The position numbers and the translations under genes were made by a program. 64,000 nt of DNA from Octopus vulgaris (Eukaryota), in contig OX597828.1 in assembly GCA_951406725.2 (NCBI GenBank), forward strand, positions 54,374,001 to 54,438,000. Reading direction: 5' to 3'. This document shows, in pieces, positions 56,092-64,000 of this stretch (the first letter of the stretch is position 1; each line of letters opens with the position of its first letter). The notes under the pieces are model-generated. The model did not search any database, was not told the origin of the DNA, and saw only the letters and a program-made list of their open reading frames with translations.

Positions 56092-57829
56092 TATAATGTT
56101 ACATAATATTAATTTTAGATAATAATATAACGTAATATAACGAAATATGGGAGAGAAGTGATAAGAAGAATGAAGAGAAAAGCGATGCATCAGGTGAAAT
56201 TGTGTGGAGGTGAGATACGGCCTCCGAGTTCAGAATATCAGAGACTTTAATAACGGAAGTAGGGAGAGAAGAAATAGTTGGAAAGGAGTGGAGGGGATTT
56301 AAATCGATTAAATACTCTATGGATTGTATTAGAAAAGAAATTAATTATTCTAAACTACAGCTCAGTCATTATATTAGGATATAACAAGCATTTAATATGG
56401 TAATATATGAGCGTTTCTTATTAATAATCCATCGAATATAAAATTAGTAAATAATTTTAAAATTTAGGCGAGTTCGAATTAAACGATGGAAAAAATTTCT
56501 CTGGGAACAAACACAATAGTCTATTCAATGAAGTTTTTCTGGAATCCTTGGGGTAATGAATTAATGGATATTTTAGGTATAAAAAGGTCTTTGAAATGCA
56601 AACCATTATGTTTGCATAACCGAATATATTCTGGTTTCACCTTTAAATGTGATAATTTTAGACAGCGACACAGAGGATTAGGGTGGGGTGGGATGGGTGG
56701 GGTATTTGCAAACTTGCGTTATCTAATGTCCATAAATTATTTTTTAAATGTTGTGGTTTGGGTAACTGGTGGGGGGGGGGGTGTGTCGAGAGGAAGAGTC
56801 ATTGCCCAAGATATTCGCATCTCTCATCCCAACCCCACAGGGACTAATGAAACTGATAACATTGAAGATTTTGATGAAGAAAATCACACCCACGTCTTTT
56901 TTACAGAGTCTCTGAGACGGTCGGGTGGGGGAAGAGAGGGAGTAAATGGAGAGCGGGTTCGAAGGATGACAACAGAGTGAACTGTGTTAAGCAACTCAAA
57001 AGCCACGAAACAACGAAATAGCCTCTACGTGGTCGTGAAATTCTTTAGAAATAGCATCCAAATTTTTCTCAAATATGATGGATTCTCAGCACGAAGGAAA
57101 GAGATAGAAAGGTCACAGTTCGGATGCCTTTGATTATGATCCTGCTCGATCAACTTAGAGTTTGGACTAAACAACAACATTGTTCCCACCCAAGGGCCAG
57201 GATGTAGGGATATTCATCCTGGACCTCTCTAAATTGACGTCGACAGGAGAAAAAATTGTGGTAAAGAAGAATTTCCGAGGTTAGTTGGGAGGATGGGAGT
57301 GTGATAGAAGGTTACAGAATGCTAGAGAAAGAGAGAGAAAGAGAAAGAGAAGAGATGTGGAGTTTAAGATGGCGGTGGTAAGACCCAGTAGAGGCAAAGA
57401 GGCAGAGTCGTTCGAAAATCAGATAAAAATCCACTGTTGGAATTTAGTGGACAAGAGAACGGATCCTAGATTATATAGAGAAAAAGGGCTTAGCTGCAAA
57501 TAACGCAGCCTTATGGTTAATAAGCATCTGCGAACCCGCAGTTGCAGCGTTTGTCATCGTGTGGCGACAAGTAGGTAAAAGATCGGCTGCTAACGAACTC
57601 TGTTTCCATTTATGGATTAGATAGAAGCAGCCGTCTCTCCCTTCTGTCGTCACGTCTTTGAGGACCTGTTGTGCAAAGGGTTTGGAGTAGGGTGAGATGG
57701 TGTCTGTGTTTGCTCTTCGCATCATACTCTCCTACTACAGGTGCGGAAGTACAGGGCGTGAGAAGGACATTTTTTCTGCCACCCACGTACTCAGTTTCCG
57801 AGTGACGCTCCCATCACTACTGCCATGAA

Positions 57830-58437
57830 TATAAACATACACATACAAACACATGTATACAAACATACACATAAGCATACAAATACACACATACAAACAT
57901 ATACGCACACACAAACACACACATACAAACTCATACACATATAAAAACACACACATATACGAACGCACACATGCAAACACACATATATAAACACATATAG
58001 AAACACATACACACATAAAACACACACACATACAAACACATACAAACACATACACAAACACATACACACATAAAAACACACATGTAAAGACTCACATACA
58101 AACACACGCATAACAACACACATATACACATAAACACACATACAAACACACACACATGCACACACATACAAACACACACATACAAACACGCACACACTCA
58201 CACATACAAACACATACACACATACAAACACACATATACGAACGCACACATACAAATACACACACATATAAACACATATACAAACACATACACACATAAA
58301 AACACACACACATGTAAAGACTCACATACAAAACACACACATACAAACACACACATACACATAAACACAGATACAAACACACACACACAATAAAACGCAC
58401 ACATACAAACGCGCACATTCAAACACACACACACACA
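57830..58437. repeat. (CA/TA)-rich degenerate repeat with ~240-bp duplicated block
   Basis: catatacgaacgcacac and catgtaaagactcacatacaaa each occur twice about 230-280 bp apart. Confidence 0.85.
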
Positions 58438-58659
58438 GCTATCGTAGCTATGAATTGAATTGTATCTAATCTTCTTTTATGTTTATTATTATTTAAATGT
58501 AAAATCTTTGTTCTGCTTTTGATTTTGAACAAAAAGATTTGTCTTCATTTATTCATTTTTCCTAAAAAAAAAACAGAAAAACAGAAACCTTTGCGTAGGC
58601 TTCTATATGTGTATGTTATGATGAATGTGTGCGTGTGTATGTCATGTTTTCTGAATGTA

Positions 58660-58990
58660 TGAGTATGTGTGTGTGTGTGTGTGTGGATAAGTCGATGTGT
58701 AATTGTTGTGTGAGTATGTGTTCATGTGTGTATGTCTGCGTGTATCCGCGTATGTCTGTATCTGTGTACGTGCGAGTGAGTGAGTGTGTGTGTATGTTTG
58801 TGTGTGTGTGTGTATATGTGTATGTGTGTGTGTGTATGGATAAGTCGATGTGTAATTGTGTGAGCACGTGTTCATGTGTGTATATCTGCGTGTATCCGCG
58901 TATGTCTGTCTGTGTACGTGTGAGTGAGTGAGTGTGTGTGTATGTGTGTGTGTTTGTTCTGATTGTTTTGTGAGTACGTGTTCATGTGTA
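58660..58990. repeat. ~155-bp tandem duplication built on (TG)n
   Basis: ggataagtcgatgtgtaattg...gtgtatccgcgtatgtctg at ~58685 and ~58838. Confidence 0.85.
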
Positions 58991-59269
58991 TAGTTGTCTG
59001 TGTCTGAGTGCCTCTGAGTATGCTTGTGTGTGTGGATGTGTGAGTGTGTGTGTGATGGTGTGTGTGTCTGTGTGTATTGTGTGTATATATATTTATGCTG
59101 CTGACAAATAATATTTTGTTAAATACAGCATAACTAATAAGTTTCTCCCGACAATTTCTTTGTGGGTGTGAGTTCTGCGAACTGTTCAGTTGTAGAAATA
59201 GAATTGAAAGACTTGCCCTTAAGAAATACAGAAAGGATTATTAAAATTAGGTTTCACTTTGTGAACGTA

Positions 59270-59580
59270 GGCACGGATCTGTGATTAACAAGTTCACTTT
59301 GAAATCTATAGGTTGCCGGTTATATCCTCTCTGCGACATCTTGGACAAGTAAAAGGCATTTTTTTTCACTTTAACCAGAAATCCACCCAAAACCATTTTG
59401 GTTGGCGGAAACTGTGAAGAAGCCCTCAGATTAACAGATTCATTTTGAAATCTATTGGTTGCAGGTTATATCCTCTCTGCGACATCTTGGACAAGTAAAA
59501 GTCAGTTTTTTTTTTACTTTAACCAGAAATCCACCCAAACCCATTTTGGTTGGCGGAAACTGTGAGGAAGCCCGGCGGAT
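59270..59580 (+). repeat. ~140-bp tandem duplication of a decayed SINE B-like head
   Basis: ggttatatcctctctgcgacatcttggacaagtaaaag...ggcggaaactgtga twice. Confidence 0.7.
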
Positions 59581-60262
59581 GGATTGTACCTGTAATTCAA
59601 ACAGGTTCATCCTTACGTTAAAGGTACATATGTCTGCGGAATACACAACCAGTGATAGGTTAATTCAAGGAGGAGGCAATTCATATCCCCGAACAATTGA
59701 ATATTCATTGTCGAAACCGACGGAGATCCATTGAATTTCTATTTGATTCTTCGATATCTGCTCTTCTTTGCATTATTCCTATGGAGGGTCACTTTCCGGA
59801 GATTCTTCCACTAAATATATTGATCCGATCTTTCTTATTTACAACAGAAGCCGTCTTGAATTTCTTTCGCCGCCTCGCAGATATCACGTGATTGTCGATC
59901 TGGAGATCAACACTGAACTTTCATCTAACTTGTAGTAGTAATAGTAGAAGTAGTGGTAGTAGTAGTAGTAGTAGTGGTAATAGAAGTAGCAGTAGTAGTA
60001 GTGGTGATGATTTACGATGATGATGATGATGATAAGTATTCCAATTTAACGTAACACTTGTCAATTAATTTCTCCGCGTGACAAACCAAAAGTTCCCGTT
60101 GCGATTCCTGTCACAAACTTTCTGCCAAATGTGCTAACAATATTTCCATTCTTTCGTAACCATTTTTATCTCTTGCCTCACAAGCAGCAATCTTCATTTC
60201 CCAAACTAGATGTTTGGACGTTATGACAAATTTCTTATTCTCAGAAATTATTTCTAATATTA

Positions 60263-61075
<813 letters not shown>

Positions 61076-61326
61076 TTATCTTGTGTATTAACAAGAATAA
61101 CACATGTTTAGATAACACATCCGACAAGAGGAATTGCGCAAGATTCAACTGAGCAAGCATCTAGAAACATGCGGTGAAGGAAGGTTCAGAATGTTTCCCA
61201 TTTTACAAATGTTCAAAGGATGACCCCAAATTCCGAAAAGCAATGGACCTACACTTCATCACAAAATTCCCTCCAAAATTAAATGTTTTAAAAAAAAGCG
61301 GAGGGACTACATTATTATTATTATTA

Positions 61327-61391
<65 letters not shown>

Positions 61392-61415
61392 GTTATTATT
61401 ATTATTATTATTATT

Positions 61416-63297
<1,882 letters not shown>

Positions 63298-63410
63298 TTT
63301 ACTTTTTTTTAATGGTAATGATGATGAATGAAGAGAAAACATTTACACTATACTATTACTGTTGTTTCTGAATGTGAATATTAATAACGTGAAGCTCATC
63401 TCTATAGACA

Positions 63411-63464
<54 letters not shown>

Positions 63465-64000
63465 AAACATTGGGATTTTGACAACTGTTGTTCTTATAGA
63501 ACTTACGTATACCCGAGAAGGAATACTAGAACCATTTTTACCACTGATTAGAAAAGATATCTAATTAGCTGCTTGGCAAAGTAATTCGTGAAAAAGATCT
63601 CTTGAATTCTCTTGTCCAAGTAAGAAAGAAAAATAAAATTTAATCCTACAAAGGATGAAAGATACTCAAAAAAACATATTTTAGCAGGTCCTGTTTTGTT
63701 ATATAATTTATAACCCACAGAGTGGCTTCCAGTTAAATATACAATATACGTACAAAAAAAAAGGTTTCATTAAATGTACATAGAAAAATGAATTATAAAC
63801 AGTACCAATTTATTATTATTATTTTTTATATTCTAACTTTATTTTCTTAATTTATGAATGTTGTACTAATATTTAATGTAAGTTCATGCAAAACAGAATT
63901 ACACAGAATATGGGACTTTGAATTTTGAATTCTTTTTTATTTTTCTGTGATGACCGCACTCCCCCACTTTTTCTTATTTCTTCCATCCTACTTCCTAAAC

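Overview
AT-rich, repeat-saturated eukaryotic non-coding DNA; the SINE families and microsatellite load are what I recognise from octopus (coleoid cephalopod) genomes, which is recognition, not a database result. No host protein-coding gene can be supported, and almost all ORFs in the track are microsatellite translations. The window is a mosaic of (TA)n/(TG)n/(TATG)n/(TCTA)n/(TTA)n repeats, three tRNA-derived SINE families, LINE remnants of several clades (Dong/R4, HERO-like, CR1-like, RTE, L1/Tx1), Penelope-like remnants, Tc1/mariner elements and MITEs, and non-autonomous Helitrons. The most interesting signals are: (i) several minimal hammerhead-ribozyme motifs with palindromic stem III in short Penelope-type modules lodged in microsatellites, two of them in nested fold-back structures; (ii) a split inverted-repeat architecture shared by two sequence-unrelated loci; (iii) 184-bp tandem SINE multimers with an identical junction at two loci; (iv) two SINE-LINE shared 3' tails visible within the window; (v) stacks of retroelements in (TTA)n tracts.
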